Of a stretch of DNA of 64,000 nt, positions 22,089 through 35,919 are shown piece after piece. The notes beneath the pieces were generated by a model, which worked only from the letters and a program-made list of their open reading frames with translations, was not told the DNA's origin and did no database searches. The stretch is from Escherichia coli (GTDB lineage: Bacteria > Pseudomonadota > Gammaproteobacteria > Enterobacterales > Enterobacteriaceae). The stretch lies in the NCBI RefSeq assembly GCF_050920415.1, contig NZ_CP169309.1; one strand, given 5' to 3'. Position 1 is the stretch's first letter; each line of letters starts with the position of its first letter. The position numbers were made by a program, and so were the translations under genes.

Positions 22089-23414
22089 ATGAGCAAAGTA
22101 ACTCCCCAGCCGAAAATCGGCTTTGTTTCCCTTGGCTGTCCGAAAAACCTTGTCGATTCAGAGCGTATTCTCACCGAACTACGCACCGAAGGTTATGACG
22201 TGGTACCGAGCTATGACGATGCGGACATGGTGATCGTCAATACCTGCGGCTTTATTGACAGCGCGGTACAAGAATCACTGGAAGCCATTGGCGAAGCGTT
22301 GAATGAAAACGGCAAGGTCATTGTGACCGGTTGTCTGGGGGCGAAAGAAGATCAGATCCGCGAAGTCCACCCGAAAGTGCTGGAAATCACCGGGCCTCAT
22401 AGCTATGAGCAGGTTCTTGAGCACGTTCATCACTACGTACCAAAACCGAAACACAACCCGTTCCTGAGCCTGGTGCCAGAACAAGGTGTGAAACTGACGC
22501 CGCGTCATTATGCCTATCTGAAAATTTCTGAAGGCTGTAACCACCGCTGCACCTTCTGCATTATTCCGTCTATGCGCGGCGATCTGGTGAGCCGTCCGAT
22601 TGGCGAAGTGTTAAGTGAAGCGAAACGACTGGTTGATGCGGGCGTTAAAGAGATTCTGGTGATCTCGCAGGATACTTCCGCCTATGGCGTCGATGTTAAA
22701 CATCGTACTGGCTTCCACAACGGCGAGCCGGTAAAAACCAGCATGGTCAGCCTGTGTGAACAGTTATCGAAACTGGGGATCTGGACACGTCTGCACTACG
22801 TTTACCCTTATCCACACGTGGACGACGTCATCCCACTGATGGCGGAAGGCAAAATCCTGCCGTATCTGGATATCCCGTTGCAACACGCCAGCCCGCGCAT
22901 TCTCAAACTGATGAAGCGTCCGGGTTCTGTAGATCGCCAACTGGCGCGCATCAAACAGTGGCGCGAAATCTGCCCGGAACTGACCCTGCGCTCAACCTTT
23001 ATTGTCGGCTTCCCTGGCGAGACGGAAGAAGATTTCCAGATGCTACTCGATTTCCTGAAAGAAGCACGTCTGGATCGCGTTGGCTGCTTTAAGTACAGCC
23101 CGGTTGAAGGTGCAGACGCCAATGCCCTGCCTGACCAGGTTCCGGAAGAAGTGAAAGAAGAACGCTGGAACCGTTTCATGCAGCTGCAGCAGCAGATTTC
23201 CGCCGAGCGCCTGCAAGAGAAAGTGGGCCGTGAAATTCTGGTGATTATCGACGAAGTGGACGAAGAAGGCGCGATTGGTCGCAGCATGGCAGATGCACCG
23301 GAAATCGACGGTGCGGTTTATCTCAATGGTGAAACCAACGTTAAGCCGGGTGATATCCTGCGTGTGAAAGTCGAGCACGCCGATGAGTACGATTTGTGGG
23401 GTAGCCGGGTTTAA
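22089..23414 (+). CDS. rimO: Ribosomal protein S12 methylthiotransferase RimO (radical SAM)
   Basis: 441-aa ORF; radical-SAM CNHRCTFC motif; matches recalled RimO. Confidence 0.95.
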
Positions 23415-23420
23415 TTAATT

Positions 23421-23452
23421 CAGGCCGGGCAAAATCATTTGTCCGGCCTGCG
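23421..23452. terminator. Bidirectional terminator between rimO and dgcI
   Basis: Hairpin GGCCGGGCAAAATCATTTGTCCGGCC in the convergent intergenic region. Confidence 0.5.
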
Positions 23453-23460
23453 AATAAAGA

Positions 23461-24789
23461 TTACTGCCAGCTAATCTGCGCCCTGCCGTTTTTCTTACTC
23501 TTATACAGCCGCTCATCCGCCAGCATTTTCAAGCGTTCGACGGTAGTACATTCATTTGAATGCGCTACACCGATACTGGTGCTTAAATTAATGCTTCCCA
23601 CCTGGAAATGAACGATTTCTTTTAGAATCGATAGCAACTCCTCCAGCGTTCCGCCAGTATAAATCACCGCAAATTCGTCACCGCCGAAGCGGTAGACTTT
23701 ACCTTTATCTACCGGGATTTGTGATTTAAGGATTTTCACCACTTTCATCAACACTTCATCGCCCAGCAAATGACCGAAGGTGTCGTTAATGTTTTTGAAT
23801 TTATCGACATCAAAAAGACACAGATAGCCCCCTTTTTCCGGCAGGGCTTTTAAATCTTCATCAAAGGATTTTCTGCCCATTGCTTTGGTCAGGTCGTCCA
23901 GAAACGCCGAGTTATACATACTGTAGAGTTTTTTGACATCGGCAGCCGAGAAGAAAAGCCCACCGTCCAGGACGCGTTCAAAATGGTTATTAATAATGGC
24001 TTCTTTCTCCACAATGCCACGATTAATCACTCTGCGCACCAGATAAAGGCAGCTAGCACCCGATATCACTGCCACCAATGCAGCAAAGAAAATAATCAAC
24101 ATACATACCTGAAAATAAACGTCTTTTTTATACGAAAATACGTACAATCCGGTCGGCAAATAGGCGAAGTGCTCCATTGCTTCCGAAACGGTGAAGATGG
24201 CGTTTTTAGCATTATATTCATCACCGGTCACCGGTTTACCGTTCTTAAACAGAGAGAACATCAGGTTCTCGCTATCCATCGCCAGCGATTTTGACAGTAA
24301 AGAAAAACGCTCCAGACCAAGCAAAAATATCAGACTGCGATTGTGAGTTACCGGATAGAGGTAATAGACGAAGGTTTTACCGTCAAAAGAGATAAACCCT
24401 GTATTTTTGACATGTCGATACTTAACAACCTGCATAATATCTGCACAATAATTTTTCTCGAACTCCTTTACCTGAATACATTCGTCACTGGAAATCAGAT
24501 AAGGACCGACATCGTACAAATAAGAGGGTGAAACCGAGTCGGCGTAAGCTGTGCGCAAGCCAACCAACAGCTGTTCCTCCGTGGGATTTAGCGTGTTGAT
24601 GAGATCAATTGCCACGCTACGCCGATATTCAGCAATATTTGCCACCGCAAAAGCAGTATCAATAACGGACTGTTTCAGGCCATACACCCGTTCCTTTACC
24701 ATTTGAGTGTAGATCCCGCAGGCAACTGCTGAAATCATGATAAAAATCAGCAGACTGACTGTAAGTACGAACTTATTGATTCTGGACAT
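23461..24789 (-). CDS. dgcI: Diguanylate cyclase DgcI (YliF), membrane GGDEF protein
   Basis: 442-aa ORF with N-terminal TM and periplasmic domain and a C-terminal GGDEF motif (RFGGDEF). Confidence 0.9.
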   Translation of the reverse strand: MSRINKFVLTVSLLIFIMISAVACGIYTQMVKERVYGLKQSVIDTAFAVANIAEYRRSVAIDLINTLNPTEEQLLVGLRTAYADSVSPSYLYDVGPYLISSDECIQVKEFEKNYCADIMQVVKYRHVKNTGFISFDGKTFVYYLYPVTHNRSLIFLLGLERFSLLSKSLAMDSENLMFSLFKNGKPVTGDEYNAKNAIFTVSEAMEHFAYLPTGLYVFSYKKDVYFQVCMLIIFFAALVAVISGASCLYLVRRVINRGIVEKEAIINNHFERVLDGGLFFSAADVKKLYSMYNSAFLDDLTKAMGRKSFDEDLKALPEKGGYLCLFDVDKFKNINDTFGHLLGDEVLMKVVKILKSQIPVDKGKVYRFGGDEFAVIYTGGTLEELLSILKEIVHFQVGSINLSTSIGVAHSNECTTVERLKMLADERLYKSKKNGRAQISWQ

Positions 24790-24796
24790 ACGTAAA

Positions 24797-27145
24797 CTAC
24801 TCTTTTACTAATTTTCCACTTTTATCCCAGGCGGAGAATGGCATGGGTTTCTGGTACAGATACCCCTGAGCCTGAACACATCCTAATTTGATTAATTCGC
24901 GCGCAACGTCTTCGCTCTCTACGCCTTCCGCAATCACCGGGATCCGGTTATAGCGTGCCAGATCGAAAATAATGCGCACAATTTTCCCCGCAGTACCGAA
25001 AATATCGCCGGTAAATTGCGAGTCCACTTTTATACTGTCTGGATTAATTTCATAAAAACGTTTCAGGTTTGACAAACCGGTGCCAAAGTCATCAATCGAT
25101 ATCCGTACCCCTTGTTTACGCAGTTGTTCAATATTGAGATAAAAATGTTCATTAATTCGCTCGATCACAGTTTCAGTGATCTCAACACAGAGGCTGTTAG
25201 CCTTCAGGCTATTTTCTTTCATGATGGTGGTAAAACGCTCATGAAAGTGTGGTTCGTTTAACTGCCAGGGCGAAACATTAATATGCAGTAAGAAACCGTC
25301 CTTCAGCGACGCACGCTGACTAAAATGTCTGAATTCACCCATTGCCGTTTTAATAATCTGATAACCCAGCTCATTGATAAACCCGATATCTTCAGCAATG
25401 GTAATGAACTTCAGCGGTGAAATGATCCCCCGCTCCGCAGACACCCAACGGCACAACGCCTCCGCCCCCAGAATGGCGCGGGTGTTAATATCAACGATCG
25501 GTTGATAGACCAGGAATAGTTCGCCAATTTCCATTGCATGGCGAATATTACGCGCAATCCAAATATTCTCTTCTATTTCGTTGAGTTTCGCGTCATCACA
25601 GAAAATAAACTCTGAGAACATATGGTCACGGATACTGGAAATCGCCAGTTTCAGTTTTTCTGCGTAACTCCAGGCGTTTTCTCCCTTCAACGGTTCACAA
25701 ATGGCAGACTTATGGATGCGCAGATTGCGGTAGCCAAAGCTGCTGTCAAAATCGTTTATCATCGCTATTTTACGGGTAAATGTCTGTACATTTTCCCGGC
25801 ACAGAAGTAAATAGAGATCGGCATTAAATGTCACGATATCGCAGCATTGCGCATATTTCTCGGCAATTCGCTGACACAATTTCCTGACGATTTTATTGCG
25901 TTCATCAACACCAAACACCGCTTCCACGGCTTCCAGACCACACAGTTTGATGATCCCCACAGCCAGATACTGATTATTGTTGGACTCAATAATCGCCATA
26001 TTTTTAATAAAACCGCTTTCCTGATCGTAAGAGATCAGTGAGAGCAATTTATTTGACCGTTCAATTTCGGCATCTTTCATTTCCGCGATCGAATTTTTGA
26101 TGCTGATAATCTCTTTCGCATCGCCTTCGCGAATTTTCAGAGCCTCGATTTGATCCGTTGAGTCGGGCAAAAATGCCAGCGTATTAACCAGCTCGGTCAT
26201 TTCAGAAAATTGCCGACGGAACACACGAGTGGTCATTAAATAAACCACCAGCAATACGATAATAATGAAAGCAAACGGCAGATAAAAAAGTTTATCTGAT
26301 GCGTTCAATAAATTACCGCCAGGATAATAAAAATAGATTTCGAATAATGCGTTGTTTGGCACCACTGATGTTTTTTCGATATATTCAGTATCGACAGAAT
26401 CAATAATATTATAATTGCCTTCGCTATTATAAATAATCAGTTTTTCACGAGCGAGTTGATTCTTGGCAATGATCTCATGGCCTTGTTTCAAAAATAGAAC
26501 TTCATCATTAGCGCTGATTTGATCAAGATACTCGTTCAGATATCGCCAGTTTAAATCGACATGAATTTTATCCACCACTAACAAATCGTGATCTTTGCCG
26601 TTGATGCGTAGCGTAAAAGAGATACATTTTTTACCCGGACGATCAAAGCAATTGTATGCCGGATTCCAGCTGTTGTTAGAGTCATCTGAAGCCACAGACC
26701 ACGGTCGTTTCGATGGGTTAAAATCGGCAAAAATAACCCGCCCTGACTCGTCGACAAGCGGTCCATTTACTTGTTCCTGATGATAAACAGCGATTTTATC
26801 ATTTGCCCTCCGCGAAAAGAGATAATATTTATTATTATCAAGTACCAGTCCCACCGAGTCTAAAAATGGCATCATTTCCATTTTAAGGATCACAGCGCGT
26901 TGAATCTCCTCTGTATTTTTTAATAAATACAGTGAGTCCTTTAATGTCAGGGCCGAACGTTCAATATCTTTAAAGAAATAGCCAACGTTTTTCTGAATAA
27001 GTTCAAAGCGGCTATCGGCACGTTTTACCGCGCGTTCCGATACCAGTTGATAGTTAATGATGAAAAAAAGACCAATAAATGACAGCGCTGCCAATAAAAA
27101 TAAAATTATCAACCTTATTTTTATCTTTTCGTATAAACTCAGCAT
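24797..27145 (-). CDS. pdeI: c-di-GMP phosphodiesterase PdeI (YliE), membrane EAL protein
   Basis: 782-aa ORF with TM segments and a C-terminal EAL-type domain; synteny. Confidence 0.9.
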   Translation of the reverse strand: MLSLYEKIKIRLIILFLLAALSFIGLFFIINYQLVSERAVKRADSRFELIQKNVGYFFKDIERSALTLKDSLYLLKNTEEIQRAVILKMEMMPFLDSVGLVLDNNKYYLFSRRANDKIAVYHQEQVNGPLVDESGRVIFADFNPSKRPWSVASDDSNNSWNPAYNCFDRPGKKCISFTLRINGKDHDLLVVDKIHVDLNWRYLNEYLDQISANDEVLFLKQGHEIIAKNQLAREKLIIYNSEGNYNIIDSVDTEYIEKTSVVPNNALFEIYFYYPGGNLLNASDKLFYLPFAFIIIVLLVVYLMTTRVFRRQFSEMTELVNTLAFLPDSTDQIEALKIREGDAKEIISIKNSIAEMKDAEIERSNKLLSLISYDQESGFIKNMAIIESNNNQYLAVGIIKLCGLEAVEAVFGVDERNKIVRKLCQRIAEKYAQCCDIVTFNADLYLLLCRENVQTFTRKIAMINDFDSSFGYRNLRIHKSAICEPLKGENAWSYAEKLKLAISSIRDHMFSEFIFCDDAKLNEIEENIWIARNIRHAMEIGELFLVYQPIVDINTRAILGAEALCRWVSAERGIISPLKFITIAEDIGFINELGYQIIKTAMGEFRHFSQRASLKDGFLLHINVSPWQLNEPHFHERFTTIMKENSLKANSLCVEITETVIERINEHFYLNIEQLRKQGVRISIDDFGTGLSNLKRFYEINPDSIKVDSQFTGDIFGTAGKIVRIIFDLARYNRIPVIAEGVESEDVARELIKLGCVQAQGYLYQKPMPFSAWDKSGKLVKE

Positions 27146-27320
27146 GTTAATACATTTAACAAAATAACTATCTGAACGCCGTGCCGCTGCAAAAATAGTC
27201 CCGCTGCGGCTTTTTAACCAAATTACCCGATTCTACAAAATCAGCAGAAAGTTACAACACTTGCTTTGGGTAATAATTTCCTGTGAGGTGATTACCCTTT
27301 CAAGCAATATTCAAACGTAA

Positions 27321-28232
27321 CTATCCTTTAATTTTCGGATCCAGCGCATCGCGTAAACCATCCCCCAGCAAATTGAACGCCAGTACGGTCAAAAAAATAG
27401 CCAGGGCCGGAAAAACAGCGACATGCGGCGCGATAACCATATCCGCTCGAGCCTCATTGAGCATCGCTCCCCACTCTGGTGTCGGCGGCTGCGCGCCGAG
27501 GCCGAGAAACGACAGGCTGGCCGCAGAGATAATCGAGGTACCAATGCGCATAGTGAAAAACACCACGATAGAAGAGACGGTCCCAGGCAGAATATGACGC
27601 AATAAAATGGTCATATCGCTGGCACCAATACTGCGTGCTGACTCAATAAAGGTTTGCTGTTTCAACACCAGCGTATTGCCGCGCACCAGTCGGGCAAACG
27701 CGGGGATGGAAAAAATGGCAACGGCGATAATCACGTTAGCGATGCCGCTTCCCAACACCGCAACAACAGCGATCGCCAGTAAAATACCCGGGAAGGCAAA
27801 CAGCACATCGCAAATGCGCATGATCAGCCGATCCCACCAGCCTTCATAATATCCCGCCAGCAAGCCCAGCAACGTCCCGATCGCCGCACCGATAAACACG
27901 GCAAACACGCCCGCCGCCAGCGAGATTTGCGCACCAACCAGGACACGACTGAAAATGTCGCGTCCCAGTGAATCGACGCCAAACCAGTGCTGCAAAGAAG
28001 GTCCGTTATTCAGATTGTCATAATCAAAATAATTTTCGGCGTCATAGGGAGCGATCCAGCGTGCAAAAATGGCCACCACAATCAATAAAATAACGAACAA
28101 TGCGGCGGTCATCGCCATATGCTGACGGCGAAATCGTCGCCAGAATTCATGCCACGGTGTACGTACCTGGTCAGGTTTAACCAATGGCATGGCGTTTAAC
28201 ACCGCCTGACGTCGCCAGTTAAATATTCGCAT
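27321..28232 (-). CDS. gsiD: Glutathione ABC transporter permease GsiD
   Basis: 303-aa permease ORF; operon with gsiABC. Confidence 0.93.
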   Translation of the reverse strand: MRIFNWRRQAVLNAMPLVKPDQVRTPWHEFWRRFRRQHMAMTAALFVILLIVVAIFARWIAPYDAENYFDYDNLNNGPSLQHWFGVDSLGRDIFSRVLVGAQISLAAGVFAVFIGAAIGTLLGLLAGYYEGWWDRLIMRICDVLFAFPGILLAIAVVAVLGSGIANVIIAVAIFSIPAFARLVRGNTLVLKQQTFIESARSIGASDMTILLRHILPGTVSSIVVFFTMRIGTSIISAASLSFLGLGAQPPTPEWGAMLNEARADMVIAPHVAVFPALAIFLTVLAFNLLGDGLRDALDPKIKG

Positions 28233-28234
28233 CC

Positions 28235-29155
28235 TTACTTGTACCTGATAGCCGGGTTAATGGCGGCATAAAGCACATCCACCACTAAGTTGATAAGAAT
28301 AAATTCCAGCGAGAAAAGCAGAATTTCCGCCTGAATCACCGGGTAATCGCGCATTTCTACGGAGTCGACGAGTAAGCGTCCAAGTCCGGGCCAGTTGAAG
28401 ACTTTCTCCACCACAATGGAACCACCGAGTAAAAAGCCAAACTGTAAGCCCATCATGGTCACTACCGGGATCATCGCATTGCGTAACCCGTGTTTGAGGA
28501 TGACCCAGGTTTCGCTCACCCCTTTCGCCCTCGCGGTACGCATATAATCTTCGCTTAAAACGTCGACAAACGATGCGCGGGTAAAGCGCGCCATCACGGC
28601 TGCCACTGCCGCGCCGAGCGTCAGGGAGGGTAAAATGTAGTGCTGCCAACTGTCTGCACCTACGGTGGGTAACCAGCCAAGTTCAACTGAGAAAACCTGA
28701 ATCAACAGTATTCCTAACGCAAATGCCGGGAATGAAATCCCTGATACCGCGATAGTCATACTTAATCGATCCGGCCAACGGTTACGCCAGACAGCGGCGA
28801 TAATACCAGCCCCCATGCCGAACAGCACCGCCCAGGTCATACTGGTAATAGTCAACCATAGAGTAGGCATGAAGCGGCTGGCAATCTCATTGGCAACGGG
28901 ACGACGCGACACCATCGACAGGCCAAAATCGCCCTGTACGGCATTGGTGATATAGTGCCAGAACTGGTGATACAGTGGCTTATCCAACCCCAGTTGTTGA
29001 CGCACCAGCTCGATGACCTGCGCATCGGCTTCTGGTCCGGCAATCAATCGCGCTGGATCGCCGGGCAGCATATGAACAAACAAAAACACCAGCACTGAGA
29101 CAATAAACAGCGTTGGAATCAGTCCCAGTAAGCGTTTGATAACGTAATTAAGCAT
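28235..29155 (-). CDS. gsiC: Glutathione ABC transporter permease GsiC
   Basis: 306-aa permease ORF; operon context. Confidence 0.93.
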   Translation of the reverse strand: MLNYVIKRLLGLIPTLFIVSVLVFLFVHMLPGDPARLIAGPEADAQVIELVRQQLGLDKPLYHQFWHYITNAVQGDFGLSMVSRRPVANEIASRFMPTLWLTITSMTWAVLFGMGAGIIAAVWRNRWPDRLSMTIAVSGISFPAFALGILLIQVFSVELGWLPTVGADSWQHYILPSLTLGAAVAAVMARFTRASFVDVLSEDYMRTARAKGVSETWVILKHGLRNAMIPVVTMMGLQFGFLLGGSIVVEKVFNWPGLGRLLVDSVEMRDYPVIQAEILLFSLEFILINLVVDVLYAAINPAIRYK

Positions 29156-29172
29156 TCCACTCCCTGCGTTGC

Positions 29173-30711
29173 TTATTGCAAATCGGCGTCTTCAAAGCTG
29201 AAACCGGTGTCTGGCATGATCCAAAAACCAGTCAGGTTTTTACTGTGTGCCGACACCAGTTTTTCGACCACCAGCGGGATCCACGGCGACTCTTGCCAGA
29301 TAATATCCTGCGCCGCCTTATACAAGCGCGCCTTTTGCGCCGGATCGTTGGTTTTCAGCGCCTGGGCAAGCTCGTCATCCACCTGCTTATTGCTGTAAAA
29401 CGCAGTATTAAACAGCGTCGGCGGCCAGTTCTGCGAGGCGAACAGTGGCGATAGCGCCCAGTCAGCTTCACCAGTCGAGGCCGACCAGCCAGTGTAAAAC
29501 ATTCTCACGCCGCTCTCTTTCTGCCCTTTACCTTCAACTTCTGCCGCCCGCTGCCCGGCATCCATCGCCGTTACCTGGGCTTTAATCCCCACCTGCGCTA
29601 GCTGTTGCTGGGTAAATTGCAGCACTTTCTGTGCGGTACTGTGATTATGTGATGACCACAGCGTGGTACTGAAGCCGTTGGGATACCCCGCCTCTTTCAA
29701 TAGTTCACGCGCTTTCGCCGGATCGTAAGGCCACGGTTGATAACTTTGCGCGTAGGCAATACTCGGTGGCACCACACCAGTGGCAGGAACTGCATATCCC
29801 GCAAAGGCCACTTTCACCAGTGCCTGACGGTTGATGGCGTAATTCAGCGCCTCACGTACTTTTGGGTTATCGAATGGTTTCTGCGTCACGTTCATGCTGA
29901 TATAACGCTGCATAATCGACGGGCTGGCCATCAGCTCGATATTTTTGTTTTTCTCCAGTAGCGCCGCTTGTTCATAAGGGATGGGAAAAGCAAATTGCGC
30001 TTCACCGGTTTGCAGCATTGCCGCACGGGTGTTGTTATCCGCCACCGGACGCCAGGTTATGCTGTCCAGTTTGGGCAATCCTGGCTGCCAGTACCCCGCG
30101 AATTTTTTCACCTTCACAAAATCGGTCTGATTCCAGGTATCCAGTTCATACGGCCCGGTGCCAACCGGATGAAAACCAATCTCCTTGCCATATTTTTCCA
30201 GCGCTGCCGGTGAAATCATCGCGGTCGCCGGATGGGCAAGAATGTTAATAAACGCGGAGAACGGCTGTTTGAGGGTAATCTTTACCGTTGTCAGATCGAG
30301 CGCTTCCGTTTTCGCAATATTCTTATACAGGTTATAGCGTTTAAGATGATTCGCCGGATCGCTGGCCCGGTCGAGATTCGCTTTTACCGCCGCTGCGTTA
30401 AAGTCGGTGCCATCCTGGAATTTAATTCCTTCCCGCAATTTCACGGTGTAAGTGAGGCCGTCATCGGAAACGGTATAACTCTCCGCCAGCACGTTTTTCA
30501 GTTTCATCTCTTTATCGAGACCGAACAGCCCCTGGTAAAACGATTTCGCTACGGCCTGAGATAACGTGTCATTCGCATCATATGGATCGAGCGTGGTGAA
30601 GTTCGATCCTACCGCCACCACCACATCTTTGGCAGCGAATGCACAAGATGCCATCAACGCTGTCGCAATGCCCAGCGCCACTAACCCACTACGGTGTACA
30701 GCTCTTGCCAT
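29173..30711 (-). CDS. gsiB: Glutathione-binding periplasmic protein GsiB
   Basis: Internal start [26 protein letters not shown] (signal peptide) gives 512 aa; the 601-aa track ORF is an upstream extension. Confidence 0.93.
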   Translation of the reverse strand: MARAVHRSGLVALGIATALMASCAFAAKDVVVAVGSNFTTLDPYDANDTLSQAVAKSFYQGLFGLDKEMKLKNVLAESYTVSDDGLTYTVKLREGIKFQDGTDFNAAAVKANLDRASDPANHLKRYNLYKNIAKTEALDLTTVKITLKQPFSAFINILAHPATAMISPAALEKYGKEIGFHPVGTGPYELDTWNQTDFVKVKKFAGYWQPGLPKLDSITWRPVADNNTRAAMLQTGEAQFAFPIPYEQAALLEKNKNIELMASPSIMQRYISMNVTQKPFDNPKVREALNYAINRQALVKVAFAGYAVPATGVVPPSIAYAQSYQPWPYDPAKARELLKEAGYPNGFSTTLWSSHNHSTAQKVLQFTQQQLAQVGIKAQVTAMDAGQRAAEVEGKGQKESGVRMFYTGWSASTGEADWALSPLFASQNWPPTLFNTAFYSNKQVDDELAQALKTNDPAQKARLYKAAQDIIWQESPWIPLVVEKLVSAHSKNLTGFWIMPDTGFSFEDADLQ

Positions 30712-30730
30712 TTTATTCTCCGCCTGAATG

Positions 30731-32602
30731 TTATCTACGCATGAATGCGTATTCTGATTGTGGTTGTGCGACGTAATGCCCCGGCCCGACGCATTGCAAC
30801 GAGACGGCTGCAACCTCTTCGCCACGCAGATGAATATTGCTGGGAAGATCGTCCGACAGCAGTACACGCTGCGGTCGTTGTCGGGACGGTTCAGCGACCG
30901 GAACTGCCGCCAGTAATTTACGCGTATAAGGATGCTGCGGATTTTCAAAGACCGCGCGCCGTGGACCAATTTCAACAATTTGCCCGAGATACATCACCGC
31001 CACACGATGACTAATCCGCTCTACAACGGCCATATCGTGGGAGATAAACAGATACGCAATGCCGAAATCACGCTGGAGATCGAGCAACAAGTTGATAATC
31101 TGCCCGCGAATAGAAACATCCAGCGCTGATACGGCTTCATCGGCAATAATCACTTTTGGATTCAATGCCAACGCGCGAGCAATGCAGATGCGCTGTCGCT
31201 GGCCACCGGAAAACTCATGCGGGTAACGCCACGCATGTTCAGGTAACAGACCCACGCGCTCCAGCAACCACGCAACGCGTGCAGCAGCTTCTTTACCTTG
31301 CAATAAACCGTGTACGCGCAACGGTTCGATAATCGAATCACCGATGGTCTGACGTGGGTCCAGCGAGGCGTAAGGATCCTGAAAAATAAACTGAATATCG
31401 CGGCGCAATGCCTGAAGTTTGCCGGGTGAAAGGGTATCGATTCGCTGACCGTTAAAGATAATTTCGCCGCCCTGCGATTCGACCAGGCGCAGCAACGCCC
31501 GCCCGGTAGTAGATTTACCGCTGCCAGACTCGCCCACCAGCGATAGCGTTTCGCCAGGCCAGAGATCAAAACTGACTTTCTCAACGGCATGCACTTCCCG
31601 CGTTACGCGATTCAACAAACCACTGCGCAAAGGGAAACGGGTAACCAGATTACGCACCCGTAAAACAGGTTCGCCATCCACCACCGTCTTCTGCTCGATG
31701 GGTGGTTCCTGTTTCACTGGATGTTCAAGCGATATGAGCGGGAAACGTCGGGGATAATCTCCCCCTTTCATCGCACCAAGCTGCGGGACAGCAGCTAACA
31801 GCGCACGGGTGTAAGGATGTTGTGGTGCATGAAAAATCTGTTTGACGCTACCCGTTTCCACCGCCTCGCCCTGATACATCACCAGTACCCGATCGGCAAT
31901 CTCTGCCACCACACCCATATCGTGAGTGATAAAGATAACGCCCATCGACATCTCTTTTTGCAATACTTTGATTAATTGCAGGATCTGCGCCTGAATAGTG
32001 ACATCCAGCGCGGTGGTTGGCTCATCGGCAATCAGCACCGCCGGGCGGCATGACAGTGCCATCGCAATCATCACTCGCTGGCGCATCCCGCCAGAGAGTT
32101 GATGCGGATAACGTGAAAGAATGGTTTGTGCCTCCGGAATGCGTACCTGATCCAGCATCCGCTTCGCCTCGACCATTGCTTCTTCACGACTGGCGTTTTG
32201 ATGCAGACGAATTGATTCGGCAATCTGTTCACCCACAGTAAATACCGGGTTCAGCGATGTCATCGGCTCCTGAAATATCATTGCCATATCCGCACCGCGC
32301 ACATGGCGCATTTGTGCAGCGCTCTGCTCGCTAAGTTCAATCACTTCGCGAGTGCGCCGCCGCAACAGCATTTGATCGCACTGCACTAAACCGCCCGCCT
32401 GTTCCAACAGGCGCATCAGTGCCAGCGCAGTCACTGACTTACCAGAGCCGGATTCGCCAACAATTGCCAGCGTCTCACCGCGTTGCAGGCTAAAAGAGAG
32501 ATTGCGGACCGCAGCTATTTTCTGCTGGTCCTGCCTAAAGGCAATATTCAGATTTTCAACCGCCAGCACATCACCGGCATCAAGTTCATCACTGTGTGGC
32601 AA
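30731..32602 (-). CDS. gsiA: Glutathione ABC transporter ATP-binding protein GsiA (TTG start)
   Basis: Two ABC cassettes (two Walker A GESGSGKS motifs); recalled 623-aa protein begins at [10 protein letters not shown], which is TTG at 32600-32602. Confidence 0.92.
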   Translation of the reverse strand: MPHSDELDAGDVLAVENLNIAFRQDQQKIAAVRNLSFSLQRGETLAIVGESGSGKSVTALALMRLLEQAGGLVQCDQMLLRRRTREVIELSEQSAAQMRHVRGADMAMIFQEPMTSLNPVFTVGEQIAESIRLHQNASREEAMVEAKRMLDQVRIPEAQTILSRYPHQLSGGMRQRVMIAMALSCRPAVLIADEPTTALDVTIQAQILQLIKVLQKEMSMGVIFITHDMGVVAEIADRVLVMYQGEAVETGSVKQIFHAPQHPYTRALLAAVPQLGAMKGGDYPRRFPLISLEHPVKQEPPIEQKTVVDGEPVLRVRNLVTRFPLRSGLLNRVTREVHAVEKVSFDLWPGETLSLVGESGSGKSTTGRALLRLVESQGGEIIFNGQRIDTLSPGKLQALRRDIQFIFQDPYASLDPRQTIGDSIIEPLRVHGLLQGKEAAARVAWLLERVGLLPEHAWRYPHEFSGGQRQRICIARALALNPKVIIADEAVSALDVSIRGQIINLLLDLQRDFGIAYLFISHDMAVVERISHRVAVMYLGQIVEIGPRRAVFENPQHPYTRKLLAAVPVAEPSRQRPQRVLLSDDLPSNIHLRGEEVAAVSLQCVGPGHYVAQPQSEYAFMRR

Positions 32603-33554
32603 CGGTGTCCCCTTTTTCACGGTAGATACCGGTGGTTGGCGTATCGCCTGCGTAGCCCCAGGCGCGATACATTCCTTCGGTGTTAAACGGTAGCGCGACA
32701 TTCCCTTCATGGTCGATAGCGATTAAGCCACCGCTACCGCCAAGCGCAGGGAGTTTTTCCATTACTACCCGCTCGCAGGCTTCCGCGAGACTTAATCCGC
32801 CGTAATCCATTAACGCGGCGATGTCATATGCCGCCAGCGCGCGGATGAAGACTTCGCCCGTGCCGGTACATGAAACCGCCACACTGGCGTTATTGGCGTA
32901 GCATCCGGCGCCCACTAAGGGACTATCGCCAACTCGTCCGGGTAATTTATTGGTCATTCCGCCCGTGGACGTGGCTGCCGCCAGATTGCCGTCTAAATCC
33001 AACGCCACGGCACCCACGGTGCCCATTTTCTGTTTTTCATCCAGTGGCGCACCGCTATGGTCGAGGACCATTGCCCCTTCCTCGCGCGCTGCCAGGAGTT
33101 GTTCATAGCGCAAAGGCGTGGAGAAAATCTCCGGCGAGACGCGCTCCATGCCATGAGCAAATGCAAAATTTTCTGCCCCTTCGCCAATCATCATCACATA
33201 CGGGCTTTGCTCCATCACCAGCCGGGCAGCAAGAACCGGATTACGCAGATGACTCACGCCCGCCACCGCACCGGCTTTCAGGGTGTTACCATCCATCACA
33301 CAGGCGTCGAGTTCATGCGTTTCATCTCGCGTAAAGACTGCGCCAATTCCGGCGTTAAACAGTGGACACTCTTCCAGTAGACGCACCGTTTCCGTCACCA
33401 CATCCAGCGCACTTTCGCCCGCTTCCAGCATTTTCTGCCCGGTTTCAACAATGGCAGACAACGCCTCAATGTAGCGTAATTCCTGTTGCAGACTCATCTG
33501 CGCGCGGCTAATTGCACCTGCGCCGCCATGAATTGCAATGACTGCTTTGCCCAT
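32589..33554 (-). CDS. iaaA: Isoaspartyl peptidase / L-asparaginase IaaA (Ntn hydrolase)
   Basis: 321-aa [18 protein letters not shown]; matches recalled IaaA; 3' end overlaps the gsiA start. Confidence 0.93.
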   Translation of the reverse strand: MGKAVIAIHGGAGAISRAQMSLQQELRYIEALSAIVETGQKMLEAGESALDVVTETVRLLEECPLFNAGIGAVFTRDETHELDACVMDGNTLKAGAVAGVSHLRNPVLAARLVMEQSPYVMMIGEGAENFAFAHGMERVSPEIFSTPLRYEQLLAAREEGAMVLDHSGAPLDEKQKMGTVGAVALDLDGNLAAATSTGGMTNKLPGRVGDSPLVGAGCYANNASVAVSCTGTGEVFIRALAAYDIAALMDYGGLSLAEACERVVMEKLPALGGSGGLIAIDHEGNVALPFNTEGMYRAWGYAGDTPTTGIYREKGDTVATQ

Positions 33555-33757
33555 AGTATTCGTCCATTAAGGGTGGCTCGCCACTTTTGCTATAAATATC
33601 AGAATTTTTATGAATTACTCATTCAATTTTTGAATATAGAAAGATGGATATGGCATGTAAAGGCAGGAGCCAGCGCTACGCCCGAGGTGGCATACAGTCT
33701 GTGGCGTTTTTCTGACATAATAGGCAAATTCGATTTTGCCTCCGCAGGAGTGTTTTC

Positions 33758-34993
33758 ATGGAATTTACCACCGGATTGATGTCGCTCGACACCGCGCTTA
33801 ATGAGATGCTTTCTCGCGTTACCCCACTGACCGCCCAGGAAACGCTGCCACTGGTACAGTGTTTTGGTCGTATTCTGGCGAGCGATGTCGTTTCGCCACT
33901 GGATGTCCCGGGGTTTGATAACTCCGCTATGGACGGCTACGCGGTGCGTTTAGCCGATATTGCCTCCGGGCAACCGCTGCCCATTGCCGGTAAATCCTTT
34001 GCCGGTCAGCCGTATCATGGTGAATGGCCTGCGGGCACCTGCATTCGTATTATGACCGGCGCACCGGTACCGGAAGGCTGTGAAGCTGTGGTCATGCAGG
34101 AACAGACAGAACAGACTGACGCTGGCGTGCGTTTTACCGCTGAAGTGCGTAGCGGACAAAATATTCGCCGTCGCGGTGAAGATATTTCTGCGGGTGCGGT
34201 TGTTTTTCCAGTAGGTACTCGCCTGACTACCGCAGAGCTGCCAGTAATTGCTTCACTGGGGATTGCCGAAGTTCCGGTGATTCGTAAAGTGCGTGTAGCG
34301 CTGTTTTCTACCGGTGATGAACTCCAGTTGCCAGGCCAGCCGCTGGGCGACGGCCAAATCTACGATACCAACCGTCTCGCCGTACACCTGATGTTAGAAC
34401 AGCTGGGATGCGAGGTAATCAACTTAGGGATTATCCGCGACGATCCCCATGCCCTGCGCGCCGCTTTTATTGAAGCCGATAGCCAGGCAGATGTGGTGAT
34501 CAGTTCCGGCGGTGTTTCAGTGGGTGAAGCGGATTACACCAAAACCATTCTTGAAGAGCTTGGGGAGATCGCCTTCTGGAAGCTGGCGATTAAACCAGGT
34601 AAACCGTTCGCGTTCGGTAAACTCAGCAATAGCTGGTTCTGCGGCCTGCCGGGCAACCCGGTTTCAGCAACGCTGACCTTCTATCAACTGGTACAGCCTT
34701 TGCTGGCAAAACTAAGCGGCAATACCGCCAGCGGCCTGCCCGCGCGCCAGCGTGTGCGCACGGCATCGCCTCTGAAGAAATCGCCAGGACGCCTTGATTT
34801 CCAGCGCGGCGTGCTGCAACGCAACGCCGATGGCGAACTGGAAGTGACGACCACCGGACATCAGGGTTCACATATATTTAGCTCCTTTAGCCTCGGCAAC
34901 TGCTTTATCGTACTGGAGCGCGAGCGCGGCAATGTAGAAGCGGGCGAATGGGTGGAAGTAGAACCATTTAACGCGTTGTTCGGAGGCCTGTAA
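33758..34993 (+). CDS. moeA: Molybdopterin molybdenumtransferase MoeA
   Basis: 411-aa [21 protein letters not shown] matching recalled MoeA. Confidence 0.95.
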   Translation: MEFTTGLMSLDTALNEMLSRVTPLTAQETLPLVQCFGRILASDVVSPLDVPGFDNSAMDGYAVRLADIASGQPLPIAGKSFAGQPYHGEWPAGTCIRIMTGAPVPEGCEAVVMQEQTEQTDAGVRFTAEVRSGQNIRRRGEDISAGAVVFPVGTRLTTAELPVIASLGIAEVPVIRKVRVALFSTGDELQLPGQPLGDGQIYDTNRLAVHLMLEQLGCEVINLGIIRDDPHALRAAFIEADSQADVVISSGGVSVGEADYTKTILEELGEIAFWKLAIKPGKPFAFGKLSNSWFCGLPGNPVSATLTFYQLVQPLLAKLSGNTASGLPARQRVRTASPLKKSPGRLDFQRGVLQRNADGELEVTTTGHQGSHIFSSFSLGNCFIVLERERGNVEAGEWVEVEPFNALFGGL

Positions 34994-35742
34994 TGGCAGA
35001 ACTCAGCGATCAGGAGATGCTGCGCTACAACCGGCAAATCATTCTGCGTGGTTTTGATTTTGACGGTCAGGAAGCATTAAAAGATTCTCGCGTGCTGGTC
35101 GTCGGGCTGGGTGGGCTCGGCTGCGCGGCCTCGCAATATCTGGCAAGCGCCGGTGTCGGCAACCTGACGCTGCTCGACTTCGACGCGGTTTCGCTTTCAA
35201 ATCTGCAACGCCAGACACTGCATAGTGATGCCACGGTCGGGCAACCGAAGGTGGAATCCGCCCGAGATGCACTGGCGCGGATCAATCCACATATCGCGAT
35301 TACGCCGGTAAATGCGTTGCTTGATGACGCGGAGCTTGCTGCGTTGATTGCTGAACACAATCTGGTGCTCGACTGCACGGATAACGTTGCGGTACGTAAT
35401 CAATTGAACGCTGGCTGTTTTGCCGCAAAGGTGCCGCTGGTTTCCGGGGCGGCAATTCGTATGGAAGGGCAAATCACGGTCTTCACTTATCAGGACGGCG
35501 AACCGTGCTACCGCTGCCTTAGCCGTTTGTTTGGCGAGAACGCGCTAACCTGCGTAGAAGCAGGCGTGATGGCACCGTTGATCGGGGTGATTGGTTCGTT
35601 GCAGGCAATGGAAGCGATCAAACTGCTGGCAGGTTATGGCAAACCTGCCAACGGAAAAATCGTGATGTACGATGCGATGACTTGCCAGTTTCGCGAAATG
35701 AAACTGATGCGTAATCCGGGGTGCGAGGTGTGCGGGCAGTAA
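34993..35742 (+). CDS. moeB: Molybdopterin-synthase adenylyltransferase MoeB
   Basis: 249-aa ORF; start ATG overlaps the moeA TAA; ThiF/MoeB GxGxxG and CxxC motifs. Confidence 0.95.
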   Translation: MAELSDQEMLRYNRQIILRGFDFDGQEALKDSRVLVVGLGGLGCAASQYLASAGVGNLTLLDFDAVSLSNLQRQTLHSDATVGQPKVESARDALARINPHIAITPVNALLDDAELAALIAEHNLVLDCTDNVAVRNQLNAGCFAAKVPLVSGAAIRMEGQITVFTYQDGEPCYRCLSRLFGENALTCVEAGVMAPLIGVIGSLQAMEAIKLLAGYGKPANGKIVMYDAMTCQFREMKLMRNPGCEVCGQ

Positions 35743-35749
35743 TTGCCAG

Positions 35750-35840
35750 CCCCAGGCCTGATAAGTCGCGACAAGCGTCGCATCAGGCATTTGCTCCAGA
35801 CGCCAGATGCGGCGTGAACGCCTTATCTGGCCTACGGTTC
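35750..35840. repeat. REP/BIME-type extragenic palindromes
   Basis: AGGCCTGATAAG...GCATCAGGCA and GCCAGATGCGGCGTGAACGCCTTATCTGGCCTAC between moeB and fsaA. Confidence 0.6.
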
Positions 35841-35919
35841 GGGCGCAGATTTCCAGGCGCGGCAAGCCTTGGTGCACTCCACCACTCATCAGCAATTGAT
35901 GAGGATGCAGAACGTCCTG

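Noticed and set aside
29173-30978. 601-aa version of gsiB and other N-terminally extended track ORFs (potF 420 aa, potI 295 aa, mdfA 420 aa, dacC 407 aa, fsaA 244 aa, ybiV 348 aa, ybjN 174 aa, rcdA 188 aa, bssR 138 aa, ybiY 308 aa, grxA 90 aa, ybjG 203 aa)
   Set aside because: Internal start codons reproduce the recalled protein lengths and give proper signal peptides, RBS spacing or operon overlaps; the extensions run into intergenic or neighbouring coding sequence.
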